64,000 bases of DNA. It comes from Candidatus Bathyarchaeota archaeon (GTDB lineage: Archaea; Thermoproteota; Bathyarchaeia; Bathyarchaeales; Bathycorpusculaceae). A model generated the notes under the pieces. It ran no database searches. It saw only the letters and a list, made by a program, of their open reading frames with translations, and was not told the origin of the DNA. Location: the NCBI GenBank assembly GCA_963770935.1, contig CAVYRJ010000008.1:224001-288000 (forward strand). Reading direction: 5' to 3'. Within the stretch, counting starts at the first letter, position 1, and each line of letters starts with the position of its first letter. Positions 52,617-61,225 of this stretch are shown here, piece by piece. A program made the position numbers and the translations under genes.

Positions 52617-53249
52617 CTAATCTATTAAGAGCAAAGCGAAGGTTTCTGGATTCTTTTCAAAAGGCAAGGTAAACTTAAAGCCAGCTTTTTCCGCAGTTGC
52701 TTTAACATTAACTCCGACACCTTCCTCTGAGTAACGTTTCATCGTTGGATGGATGCAGATTCCTTTTTCCACGTTGCATTTTTCGCATATATGACATGCT
52801 CCAGAGACCAAGCCTACAGCAAGCAGAAAGCCGTCTTTAGCAGCTGTTTTTTCGAGTTCATGAACAATTTCAAGCAATTTTTTCATCTCATCCTCCCAGC
52901 CAGACCAGAATTTTTCAACTTTCAATTTCATCTCGGCGGAGACAGAGGGGTCATCAGCTTTGGAAAGGTACTTTATAAGTTCTGAATCTCCTTCGACCTG
53001 CGTTTTGAACTTCATGAACATGGCATAATGGTATTCGCTGACGATTTTTCGAAATTCTTCTGGTGTGGGAGCATAAGGGGGGCATGCTAAGGTTTTTCCG
53101 TATTTTTCGCAGCCTAGTTTGCATTTGAAAACAACACGATCTTCGATGACAATTCTTTCGACGGGAATTATCTTTGCTTCTACAGCACCAAATTCTACTG
53201 CTCGTTTTCTAAGGAAATCAAGCGAATCCATCTTAGCACTTTTTGTCAT
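52617..53249 (-). CDS. DUF2284 metal-binding protein
   Basis: RVVFKCKLGC..YG...CPPY; GAC..C..C; C.HP...RYS.E..GVNV..TA. Confidence 0.85.
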   Translation of the reverse strand: MTKSAKMDSLDFLRKRAVEFGAVEAKIIPVERIVIEDRVVFKCKLGCEKYGKTLACPPYAPTPEEFRKIVSEYHYAMFMKFKTQVEGDSELIKYLSKADDPSVSAEMKLKVEKFWSGWEDEMKKLLEIVHELEKTAAKDGFLLAVGLVSGACHICEKCNVEKGICIHPTMKRYSEEGVGVNVKATAEKAGFKFTLPFEKNPETFALLLID

Positions 53250-53255
53250 GTCAAC

Positions 53256-54371
53256 TCACCATCTAAACCTTTGATCAATTGCCAACCGTGCGGGGCGGTA
53301 AACACATGCTGGGTCCTGGTTTAAGCTGCCTTTGCTATAGATGTAAGCGCGGGCGCGGCAGCCACCACAGATAATTTTGAACTCGCAGGCGCCACATTTG
53401 CCCTTCAGGTTATTGCGGTCTGCCAAGGTTCTAATTTTTTCGGATGTGCGCATTCGATCCATGATTTGCTGAATGCTATCGGTTCTTATATCGCCGAATT
53501 CTAAGTTTAGTGGGGCGCATGCATAGGCTTTTCCGTCTTCTAGAATTTCTAACCACTCGTATTTTGTTAGGTTGTCGCACATGCTGCATGTGCTTCTTAA
53601 TTCCCGCCATGGCTCCTTTGTCTTCAGCAAGCGGTTGTTGAACATTTCATATGGAACTATGAGGATTTTGTCCTGGATTTTCTTGTTAAGTTCGTAGATT
53701 TCGTTTAGTTGATTTTCCCTTTGTTGTGGCGTCGGTTCCAGCGGACCTAGAATCTTTAGTTGGTTTTCAACGTCTATCGGTTGCGGAATTAGCGATGCAA
53801 GATGGAAGCTTCGTGCTCCTAAATCCATGGCAAGCTTAACTAAAGCTGAAACTTGGTTAGCAACATACTTTGTGTTGATAACGCTTATGGCAAATGGAAT
53901 ATCAAATTCTTTGCATAAATTAACAGCGTTAATACTATCGTCAAATGCGCCTTCCCCACGCAGTTTAGCGTCCGTTTCCTTTAGCCCTGCAAAGCAGATA
54001 ATAGCCTTACAGTTCGCTGCAGCAAGTTCCTTTGCAACTTTTTCGGTAAAGTGCCAACCGGTAACTTTTACGTAAGGCGACAACTTTAACTCTGCAACGT
54101 AGCGAATTAGCTCTATGAAGTCCTCACGCATCAGGGGTTCGCCAGTCCAGCCAGCGCCAGAAATGAACAGGTTATCGACTCCGAAGTCTGCTACTTTCTT
54201 TAGCATAACTTTTGCTTCAGTGGTGGTAAGCTCGTTTGGCAGAGGCTTTCCATCACCGAGCGAAAATGCATGCTTTACATGATACGCTCGGGTGCAAGAC
54301 CATATAAAGTGGTCTAATCTTTTGCCACGTTTTTCGGCGCCAAAAACTAGTTTCTGGTCTACTTGCGACAA
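53256..54371 (-). CDS. Radical SAM/SPASM-fold protein (AhbC/D-NirJ-like) lacking the CxxxCxxC motif
   Basis: ELTT.EAK, GEPLMRED, LRGEGAFD, SPASM KCGACEFKIICGGCRARA..DPAC; the motif region reads TRAYHVKHAFS. Confidence 0.8.
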   Translation of the reverse strand: MSQVDQKLVFGAEKRGKRLDHFIWSCTRAYHVKHAFSLGDGKPLPNELTTTEAKVMLKKVADFGVDNLFISGAGWTGEPLMREDFIELIRYVAELKLSPYVKVTGWHFTEKVAKELAAANCKAIICFAGLKETDAKLRGEGAFDDSINAVNLCKEFDIPFAISVINTKYVANQVSALVKLAMDLGARSFHLASLIPQPIDVENQLKILGPLEPTPQQRENQLNEIYELNKKIQDKILIVPYEMFNNRLLKTKEPWRELRSTCSMCDNLTKYEWLEILEDGKAYACAPLNLEFGDIRTDSIQQIMDRMRTSEKIRTLADRNNLKGKCGACEFKIICGGCRARAYIYSKGSLNQDPACVYRPARLAIDQRFRW

Positions 54372-55733
54372 CTAATTTCCATCCTTGGGATGACGCTGAC
54401 GCATAAATATTTTGGCAGCTTCTTTTATGTGACCTGGAATATCGACGTTCCCTCGTTTACGCAGTTCAATTAAATCATGCGTGGCGTTAACTAGCGTCGG
54501 CAGCTCGGAGGCATGCTTGATAAATATGGCACCAAGCTTTTTCAAATCCGCGAATATGGCGGTTGCTTTGCCATCGGTGAAATCTCGACCTTCTATGGGC
54601 ACTTCATCGATAACGTAGGTTCGGATGCCCTGATTAACAGCTTCAAGTGCAGCCTCTAAGTTAGCAAGGTTACCGTAGCCAAATGGAACGGAAGTTATGA
54701 CAACAATAGCGGCTCTATTTACCATTTCCAGATTTTCGCGCTTACTTTGTTCGGTTATAGGCGAAAAAGGTGCTTCGCTTATTGTGGGGATTTTGAGGAG
54801 TTCAGCTGTCTCATAATCAGTGTCTAGCATGTTAAGTACGCCAGCGGTCACTATGTAACCTTCGTCGACCAAAGCTTTCATTATCAAGGTTCCAGTGCCT
54901 GCTCCACAGATAAGATGGATGGCGCATTTGCGTTCCAAAGAAGGTTTCTGAGGAGACAGCGGAATGATGTAAGGTGAATTTGTGACTGGGCTTTTTTTGA
55001 CGATGGCGTCAACGTGAAAGACACTCTTTATGTTTTCACTCGTCAAAACTTGTTCGAGGGTTCCTGCAGCAAAAACCTTAGAATTTTTTAGAAGAATAGC
55101 AGAGGTGCAGTAGCGTGCTGCCAAATTCAAGTCGTGAATAACTGCCAAAACAATCAAGTGTTCCTTGGCGCATAGTTCCTTAACTAAATCCATAATTTCT
55201 AACTGGTTTATCATATCCAAGTGCGTTAGGGGTTCATCAAGCAACAAAACCTGCGGCTCCTGAGCTAACGCACGGGCGATGACTACTCGTTGTTTTTCTC
55301 CACCGCTTAACTCATTTATGGGTCTATCCGCTAGATGCCAAGTGTTGGTTCGGTTCATCGCTTTTCTAACAATGGTCATATCTTTTTCTGATTCCATCTG
55401 GAACCGTTTCATGTGGGGGTTTCGACCCATCAGAACAATATCTAAGGCGGTGAAGCTGAAGCCGATGTTGCTTTCCTGAGGAACGATGGCCATGTGCTTT
55501 GCAAGGTCAACGCTTTTCATGCTGTAAATGTCGGTTTTATCGAGAAGTATTGTGCCTTTGTAGGGTTTGAGGGTTCTGCTGATGCTTTTTAGCAACGTAG
55601 TTTTCCCTGAACCGTTTGGTCCAAGAATACCTACGAAGTCACCTTCGTTAACAGACAGGCTAACATTCTCTAAGATTTTAACTGAACCATAGCGGCATTC
55701 GACTCCATCGACACTAAGTAATACCATGTCCAA
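54372..55733 (-). CDS. btuD: Corrinoid/iron-chelate ABC transporter ATP-binding protein with archaeal C-terminal extension
   Basis: GPNGSGKTT, MGRNPH, LSGGEKQR, LLDEP, HDLNLAARY; extension HLICGAGTG..AGVLN..DTD. Confidence 0.82.
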   Translation of the reverse strand: MDMVLLSVDGVECRYGSVKILENVSLSVNEGDFVGILGPNGSGKTTLLKSISRTLKPYKGTILLDKTDIYSMKSVDLAKHMAIVPQESNIGFSFTALDIVLMGRNPHMKRFQMESEKDMTIVRKAMNRTNTWHLADRPINELSGGEKQRVVIARALAQEPQVLLLDEPLTHLDMINQLEIMDLVKELCAKEHLIVLAVIHDLNLAARYCTSAILLKNSKVFAAGTLEQVLTSENIKSVFHVDAIVKKSPVTNSPYIIPLSPQKPSLERKCAIHLICGAGTGTLIMKALVDEGYIVTAGVLNMLDTDYETAELLKIPTISEAPFSPITEQSKRENLEMVNRAAIVVITSVPFGYGNLANLEAALEAVNQGIRTYVIDEVPIEGRDFTDGKATAIFADLKKLGAIFIKHASELPTLVNATHDLIELRKRGNVDIPGHIKEAAKIFMRQRHPKDGN

Positions 55734-55743
55734 TCATTACATC

Positions 55744-56826
55744 CTACAGTGAGTAACTTGTTTTTCTTTTCCTTAGCAGATAGATAAAGAATGGGGTTCC
55801 AGCCAAAGCAGTTATGACGCCGACGGGCAACTCAGAAGCCCCAGTTGCTACACGCGCAACAGAATCGCAGAGTATAAGGAATATTGCTCCGACAATTGCA
55901 GAGGTAGGCAAAAGAATCCTGTGGTCAGGTCCAATGACAAGTCGTGTCATGTGAGGAATAATGAGACCTACAAATCCGATAACCCCACTGATAGAAACTA
56001 CAGCTCCAGTTATTAAAGAGCCTATGAGTAGAAGAATTTGCCGTACTCTTTCCGTGTTAACTCCCAAATGTTGCGCGGTGTCATCACCCATCGAAAGCAT
56101 GTTGAGGTCTTTTGTGAAGAAATATGCAAGGATCGTTCCAGTTAATACGAACGGAAAAACAACGTAAATGTGGGTCCATGTAATGTTTGAGAATCCGCCA
56201 GCTATCCAGGCAACAATACCAATGAGCGCCTTGCCTGAGCGTAATTCGAAAACTGTTTGCAACGCCAAAATAAATATGTTCACAACTATTCCAGACAGCA
56301 GAAGCGTAGTTATCGGAACCTTGTTTCCTACACGTGACATGAAATAGACAAGAAAAACCGTTAAAACAGCACCCAAAAAAGCAACTATTTGAAAAATCCC
56401 AAGCCCAAAGAAATTGAGGACTAGCGAGCCAGCAAATAATGCAGCTAAGGTGTAACCGAAAGATGCTCCCGCTGAAGCCCCTAAAAGGTAGGAGTCAGCC
56501 ATTGGGTTTCTGAAGACGCCTTGATACATAACTCCAGCTGCAGCTAAGCCGGCGCCAACTAGAGCACCTGCAAGTATTCGGGGTAGACGGATTTGAAGAA
56601 TTATTGCTTCGTTAACAGTGGTGATAGATGAGGAGTTGACATACTGGTTTAGAAAGGGAATTTGCTTGCCTAATATGGTGAGGATATCTGAGAAGTTGAT
56701 CGGAGCGAAGCCTATATTTAGGCAAAGAACCACAACGGCTGCAAGCAACGCTATCAAAAGTAAGACAATTAGCTTCCATCTTTTCGAACGTTTGGAATAT
56801 TTCTCTTTAACTTTATCTTGCATCAT
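55744..56826 (-). CDS. btuC: Corrinoid ABC transporter permease (FecCD family)
   Basis: IRLPR, FRNPMAD..LG, GVIGFVGLIIPH, LPVGV.TA..G.PFF. Confidence 0.85.
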   Translation of the reverse strand: MMQDKVKEKYSKRSKRWKLIVLLLIALLAAVVVLCLNIGFAPINFSDILTILGKQIPFLNQYVNSSSITTVNEAIILQIRLPRILAGALVGAGLAAAGVMYQGVFRNPMADSYLLGASAGASFGYTLAALFAGSLVLNFFGLGIFQIVAFLGAVLTVFLVYFMSRVGNKVPITTLLLSGIVVNIFILALQTVFELRSGKALIGIVAWIAGGFSNITWTHIYVVFPFVLTGTILAYFFTKDLNMLSMGDDTAQHLGVNTERVRQILLLIGSLITGAVVSISGVIGFVGLIIPHMTRLVIGPDHRILLPTSAIVGAIFLILCDSVARVATGASELPVGVITALAGTPFFIYLLRKRKTSYSL

Positions 56827-56846
56827 ATATTAACACAGAAAAAGGG

Positions 56847-57824
56847 TTAGGGAGAATTAAAAAGTTCTGGGTAGAACGCTTTGGCAGCAGCTGCAATTTG
56901 GTCACCGATTCGTGGTCCAGCTTCGGCGAAGAGGTCCCCGCTAACGATAATTACGCGATCGTTTTGTATTGCGCTTATTGAACTCCAGCCTGGTCTCGCT
57001 TTAACGTCGTCTATGGTTCCATAGAATGGGGCTTCCCCTGTGTTTGCCATTTGAGAGGGCAGAAGTATAACATCAGGGTTCTTTTGGACAATTGTCTCGG
57101 AACTGATTACAGGATACTGTTGGCTTTCGTCCCCAAAGATGTTAATTCCTCCAGCCTTCACAATCACATCATTTATGAACGAAGTACCACCAGCAGACAT
57201 CAGTGGAGGAGTCCAGACTTCATAGTAAACTTTTGGTTTAGGCAAGTTAGCGTCTGCTATTTTAGCTTCTATGGCGCTAATTTGACTGTTTAGAGAATTC
57301 ACTAACGTTGCCGCATTTTGGTCTGCGCCTGTTGCTTTACCAACCATTGTAATGTCTTTGAGTATGCCGTTGACGTCATTAGGGTTGAGAACCAGAACGT
57401 TATAGCCTAGGTTTCTTAGCGTGACAACATCTGGATCGTTAACGGGTGTGGCAAGAATCAGATCTGGGTTCAGTGATGCGATAGTTTCTTTGTTAGGTGT
57501 TGAGAAGCCTCCGATGCTTGTCATGTTGCCTGCTTCAATCCAGGCGGAGAAGTTGTAAGGGTAATGGTCGTAGTCCGTTACGCCAACAACTTTGTCGCCA
57601 ACACCTACTGCAAAGAGGATTTGGGTGTTGCTAGGAGCAAGTGAAATAATTCGTTGGGGAACCGAGGTTAAGTTGGTTGTGTAGCCTTCGTCATCGATAA
57701 CCGATATGTTTTTTTGAGTATTTGTTTGGTTAGCTGCGTTGTAGTTGTTGAAGATGAAAGCGGCGGAAACGACTGAGATAATGATTATTGCTGTTGCAAT
57801 ATAGAGTGCGTATTTTTTGTTCAT
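56847..57824 (-). CDS. btuF: Corrinoid ABC transporter substrate-binding protein
   Basis: PQRIISLAPSNTQIL, VGVTDY, E.I..LNPDLIL, AGG.SFIND.I..AGG.NIF, GPRI; cbiZ context. Confidence 0.82.
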   Translation of the reverse strand: MNKKYALYIATAIIIISVVSAAFIFNNYNAANQTNTQKNISVIDDEGYTTNLTSVPQRIISLAPSNTQILFAVGVGDKVVGVTDYDHYPYNFSAWIEAGNMTSIGGFSTPNKETIASLNPDLILATPVNDPDVVTLRNLGYNVLVLNPNDVNGILKDITMVGKATGADQNAATLVNSLNSQISAIEAKIADANLPKPKVYYEVWTPPLMSAGGTSFINDVIVKAGGINIFGDESQQYPVISSETIVQKNPDVILLPSQMANTGEAPFYGTIDDVKARPGWSSISAIQNDRVIIVSGDLFAEAGPRIGDQIAAAAKAFYPELFNSP

Positions 57825-57846
57825 TTCCTTTATACCCCTTATTAGC

Positions 57847-57865
57847 TGGATGGATTATCCACCCA
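57847..57865. promoter_or_regulatory. Dyad directly downstream of the btuF TATA box (candidate repressor operator)
   Basis: TGGATGGAT-T-ATCCACCCA (one mismatched pair), next to minus-strand TTTATATA at 57867-57874. Confidence 0.5.
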
Positions 57866-58098
57866 ATATATAAACCTTAACTAGCCACTCACAAAAAAAC
57901 ACAGCATCATTCAGCAGACCAATCCATCAATTCTCCAATGTTTAACGTATCAAAATAAAGGGCATTATAACTGACAGTTATCACAATGAATTTTTGATGT
58001 TGTTGCTGTATCGGTACAGCCACTCACGTTTAAGAAGGATATCGCTAACCATTAAAATAGTTTAGTTGATCAGATTTTGATCGATAGGAGGTGGATTT

Positions 58099-58302
58099 AT
58101 GGAAGCAACAGAGAAGAGTGGTAAAGTAAAATTTACTTTTGAAATGGAGTTAAACCAGCCTATAATGGAGCTAGTTAGGCAAGACATTGATATGATGATG
58201 GATTTAGCTTCTCAGGGTGCGGACATTTGGAGGAAAAATATGGGTGAGAGAAGAAAGCAAGGACACGGTATGGGCATGATGATGCACAAAGGGCAAGAAT
58301 AA
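58099..58302 (+). CDS. Small Met/His-rich hypothetical protein
   Basis: Strong SD GGAGGTG; C-terminus GHGMGMMMHKGQE. Confidence 0.65.
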   Translation: MEATEKSGKVKFTFEMELNQPIMELVRQDIDMMMDLASQGADIWRKNMGERRKQGHGMGMMMHKGQE

Positions 58303-58308
58303 ACTTGC

Positions 58309-59085
58309 CTAAATATTTTCTAAATTAAAAGCACGTTCATCAGCCACCGAACCAATAATCTGCTCCGCAAACGCCTCTTGTTCTTCTTCACCTGTGACAG
58401 CAATCCAGCATGCGCCTTCTGCACCACAAACGCCGCCAGCAGCAATTAACTCCACATCAGCGGCTGTTAAAGCCTTCAAGGCGTCCAATTCAGTGAACAC
58501 TTCTCCGACAATAGGCAGCAAACGGTATCCACCTGCACCTGGCGCATTTAGTTTCTCTGCTAGGGTGTATAAATCGCACGCTTACGCGTTTTTCCAAACC
58601 CACGGGTATTATGAGTCTTACTCGACGTCCCACAATGGCGGGCAAAGCTAAACCTATTGTTCCACCTTTGGGGTGACCAATCAAAATAGCCGCTTGCCTA
58701 CGAGTTAAATCCAGTGCGTTTGCTCCTTTCAAGATAACATCGCCTTCCTTGAGGTCGTCAATTACATCGGCGATTGTTTTTCCTTTCTGAAAAACACCTT
58801 TAGTTATGACAACGTCGCCTGGGAACTTGCTCTCGTCGGAGAGTCTTCCTTCAGCGTTACTGCTTTGTTGGGAGGCATGGTTATGCCGCGGAAGAAGTGC
58901 TTTCTTGAGAAATCGTTTGCTATATTGTGGGTTCTCAGGATTTCTTCAGCTACGTAACCATTCGTTGTTCCAGCAATAATTACAAGAGTCCCTTTTTTCA
59001 ATACTTTAATTATGGCTGGATGATTTGCTATTGTTCGTGCGATTAATCGTTTACCTGTCGAGGGTGTTATAAGAAACTGTTTCAT
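58309..59085 (-). CDS. Conserved hypothetical protein (possibly NagB/RpiA/CoA-transferase-like fold); multiple frameshifts
   Basis: Consecutive frames: [16 protein letters not shown]; [23 protein letters not shown]; [16 protein letters not shown]. Confidence 0.65.
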
Positions 59086-59217
59086 TTGAGCACCTTCTCC
59101 AGCTTCATTAATCGTTAAGGGCAATAAAAGTTTTAACCATAAATTTATTTAATTTTAAAAAAACACATGTCTCCCAAAGGTTGAATAGCGCAGATTTAAA
59201 AGCAAGCAAACCTTACA

Positions 59218-59511
59218 ATGGAAGGTTTAATGGTGAGTATTTTGTCCCAAAAAGTTCAAGGAAGAATTACTAATTACCGCACTGGAATTAGAGAACAAAC
59301 ATCAAACGAGTGTTTAATAGAATTTGAAAATGTAACTTCAGCGGGCCTAGCAAGCAAGCTAGTAGGGCAAAAAGTTGCTTGGAAAAATGGAAAAACTAAG
59401 CTTATTGGTAAAATCAGGGGTCCACACGGCAAGAATGGCATGGTTAGAGTCAGGTTTACGCGTGGAGTTCCAGGTCAAGCAATTGGTTCAATTGTTGAAC
59501 TGATAAGCTAA
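59218..59511 (+). CDS. rpl35ae: 50S ribosomal protein eL33 (L35Ae)
   Basis: G.ITNYR.G...Q, LVGQKV.W, GKI..PHGKNG.VRVRF..GVPGQAIG. Confidence 0.92.
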   Translation: MEGLMVSILSQKVQGRITNYRTGIREQTSNECLIEFENVTSAGLASKLVGQKVAWKNGKTKLIGKIRGPHGKNGMVRVRFTRGVPGQAIGSIVELIS

Positions 59512-59554
59512 ATAATTTTTTTTAAAAAATAATGAAAATTTTGTAAAAACTGTT

Positions 59555-59725
59555 TTATAATTCGCCTACGTCCGGGCCTTCATAGACGTATTCGATTATT
59601 TCGGTTTTTCCATCTTTAACTATTACTTGGTAGTCGGCTTCGCAAATTGGGCAAGCAACTATTTCGCCATCTTTTAGTCCATCGCGTTTGAAGGTGTTTC
59701 CGCATTCAGTGCATTTTAGAATAAT
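59555..59725 (-). CDS. LysW/ArgW-like Zn-ribbon protein (56 aa), probable ATT start; absent from the ORF track
   Basis: IILKCTECGNTFKRDGLKDGEIVACPICEADYQVIVKDGKTEIIEYVYEGPDVGEL*; GGAGG at 59736-59740; in-frame TAA at 59729-59731. Confidence 0.72.
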   Translation of the reverse strand: MILKCTECGNTFKRDGLKDGEIVACPICEADYQVIVKDGKTEIIEYVYEGPDVGEL

Positions 59726-59739
59726 GACTTAATAGCCTC

Positions 59740-60048
59740 CTACTCCATTTTGAGGTAGTTGTGGCTTCGGAGCCAATCGGATTGGTTTTTGCGGTAACGC
59801 CAGAAAATGTCTCCTCGTGTGTCAGATTGGAAATCCCATGGTGACACCAAAACAATGTCTCCTTCTCTTATCCAAACTCGCCTTTTTAGTTTGCCGCGAA
59901 CTCTACACATTCGTTCCTTGCCATCTTGGCATTTAACTGTAATTCTTTCTGCGCCAAGCATCTTGACAGCTACGCCTAATACGTCGTTTGAGGAAGGTAA
60001 AACCATGCTGTCGAGACTGCCCTCGTTTGTAATTTTTCTTTTACCCAT
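59740..60048 (-). CDS. eif1a: Translation initiation factor aIF-1A
   Basis: VLGVAVKMLG..RI.VKCQDGKER.CRVRGKLKRRVWIREGDIVLVSPWDFQ..RGDIFWRY; GGTGA SD before ATG 60048. Confidence 0.95.
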   Translation of the reverse strand: MGKRKITNEGSLDSMVLPSSNDVLGVAVKMLGAERITVKCQDGKERMCRVRGKLKRRVWIREGDIVLVSPWDFQSDTRGDIFWRYRKNQSDWLRSHNYLKME

Positions 60049-60417
60049 TTTATCACCCATTTTGGCTTGCGCCAATTATAATCAGAATAGTTTTGAGAAA
60101 AAGCGTATTGTCGGTCTAACTCTTCCTCTTAAGAATTCTAACCATTATTATTAAGGAAAACAGCAGGTATATTAGCATAGCTTACGTTTGGAGTTTTTTT
60201 TCCATAAGTTTTGGGTATTTTTTAAATATATTTTATATTATTGACTTGATTTTAAAAAATCGGCTTGAAATTTAAATCATTTTTCAAAATAGGCTTTTTT
60301 TATCTATTCCTTTATAAGTACGAAACTACATTGATGGGTGAAGAGTTTCTTTTATCCTCTTGGATAATCTGATTGAGTAACGGATCCTTTTCAAAAAAAC
60401 AAATGAGGTAAACACCT

Positions 60418-60552
60418 TTGTGTATGTTAAGAGCAGGTTTAGTTAAAAATTGCCGCAGATGCAAGTCATCCGTCAGGCTAAATTGCGTCCTAAGAAAGAA
60501 ATCCGGAAAGAAAGATTACACTGACAATAAGAAACGAACTGGCTCAGACTAA
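60418..60552 (+). CDS. Unannotated 44-aa basic, Cys-containing small protein
   Basis: GAGGT, 8 nt, TTG; MCMLRAGLVKNCRRCKSSVRLNCVLRKKSGKKDYTDNKKRTGSD*; upstream TTTATAA at ~60311; downstream hairpin. Confidence 0.55.
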   Translation: MCMLRAGLVKNCRRCKSSVRLNCVLRKKSGKKDYTDNKKRTGSD

Positions 60553-60572
60553 AAATCCGCGGCGCAAAAAAT

Positions 60573-60590
60573 AACGAGTTTTGACTCGTT
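60573..60590 (+). terminator. Hairpin followed by a T-rich tract downstream of the 44-aa ORF
   Basis: AACGAGT-TTTG-ACTCGTT then cctaaattttattttatt. Confidence 0.5.
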
Positions 60591-60732
60591 CCTAAATTTT
60601 ATTTTATTCATTAATTTTTGCAATTATATTATTTTCATAATCGCTATCTTGTGTCGTGGAATCAATTGCTTAGAAATAATTAAAAATAAAAAAGAAAATA
60701 GTTAAAGATTGTAAAGATGCTTAGCTATACGC

Positions 60733-60873
60733 TTAGTATCTTCGTGGTGGTCTACGTTTTGAGTAGCACTCTCGGCAGTAAACTGGCCTTGTACCGTCTG
60801 GCTTGAAAGGAACTTCACATTCTTTTCCGCAGTCAGCGCAAGTTGCCTTGTGCATCTCTTTGTTATTATACAT
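60733..60873 (-). CDS. Stand-alone CxxC-x17-CxxC domain protein (46 aa); absent from the ORF track
   Basis: MYNNKEMHKATCADCGKECEVPFKPDGTRPVYCRECYSKRRPPRRY*; AGGAG SD. Confidence 0.9.
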   Translation of the reverse strand: MYNNKEMHKATCADCGKECEVPFKPDGTRPVYCRECYSKRRPPRRY

Positions 60874-60900
60874 TCGCTATTTCAACTCCTACTACTTTGG

Positions 60901-60926
60901 CTGTGCAAAAGGTCTCTTTTACACAG
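60901..60926 (-). promoter_or_regulatory. 5'-leader hairpin of the CxxC-x17-CxxC gene
   Basis: Minus strand CUGUGUAAAAG-AGAC-CUUUUGCACAG (11 bp, one G-U pair), ~25 nt downstream of TTTATAA (~60951-60957). Confidence 0.6.
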
Positions 60927-61225
60927 TATCATCTAACTAATCATCGATGCTTATAAATTGAATGCTTTGCCGAATTTGATTAACCATCGAATTCACAAGG
61001 GAGCAGCTTATTCTTTAACAAGAGTACTGTGCTTTGATGGTGCCGACACAATATGAAAACGGGCTAAAGCCAAAATTTGGGTAAACATTATTTTTTATCG
61101 TCAACCTAATATAGTTAACATTGCATTATTAGGTAAATATTCGGGGTAATAGAGAAAAAGTATGAAACGGCATCTCTACAGTTTCTTTTTCTCGGAACTT
61201 TGACTAATAATTTGAGAGGGGTAAT

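Noticed and set aside
57825-58098. Possible cobalamin riboswitch upstream of btuF
   Set aside because: No B12-box or GGGAA core is visible, and the TATA box is only ~45 nt from the start codon.
3558-59085. About 15 genes split by frameshifts, as possible programmed frameshifting or mass pseudogenisation
   Set aside because: They hit unrelated and likely essential genes (rad50, ribK, cbiB), share no slippery motif, and leave both halves well conserved. Long-read indel errors explain this best.
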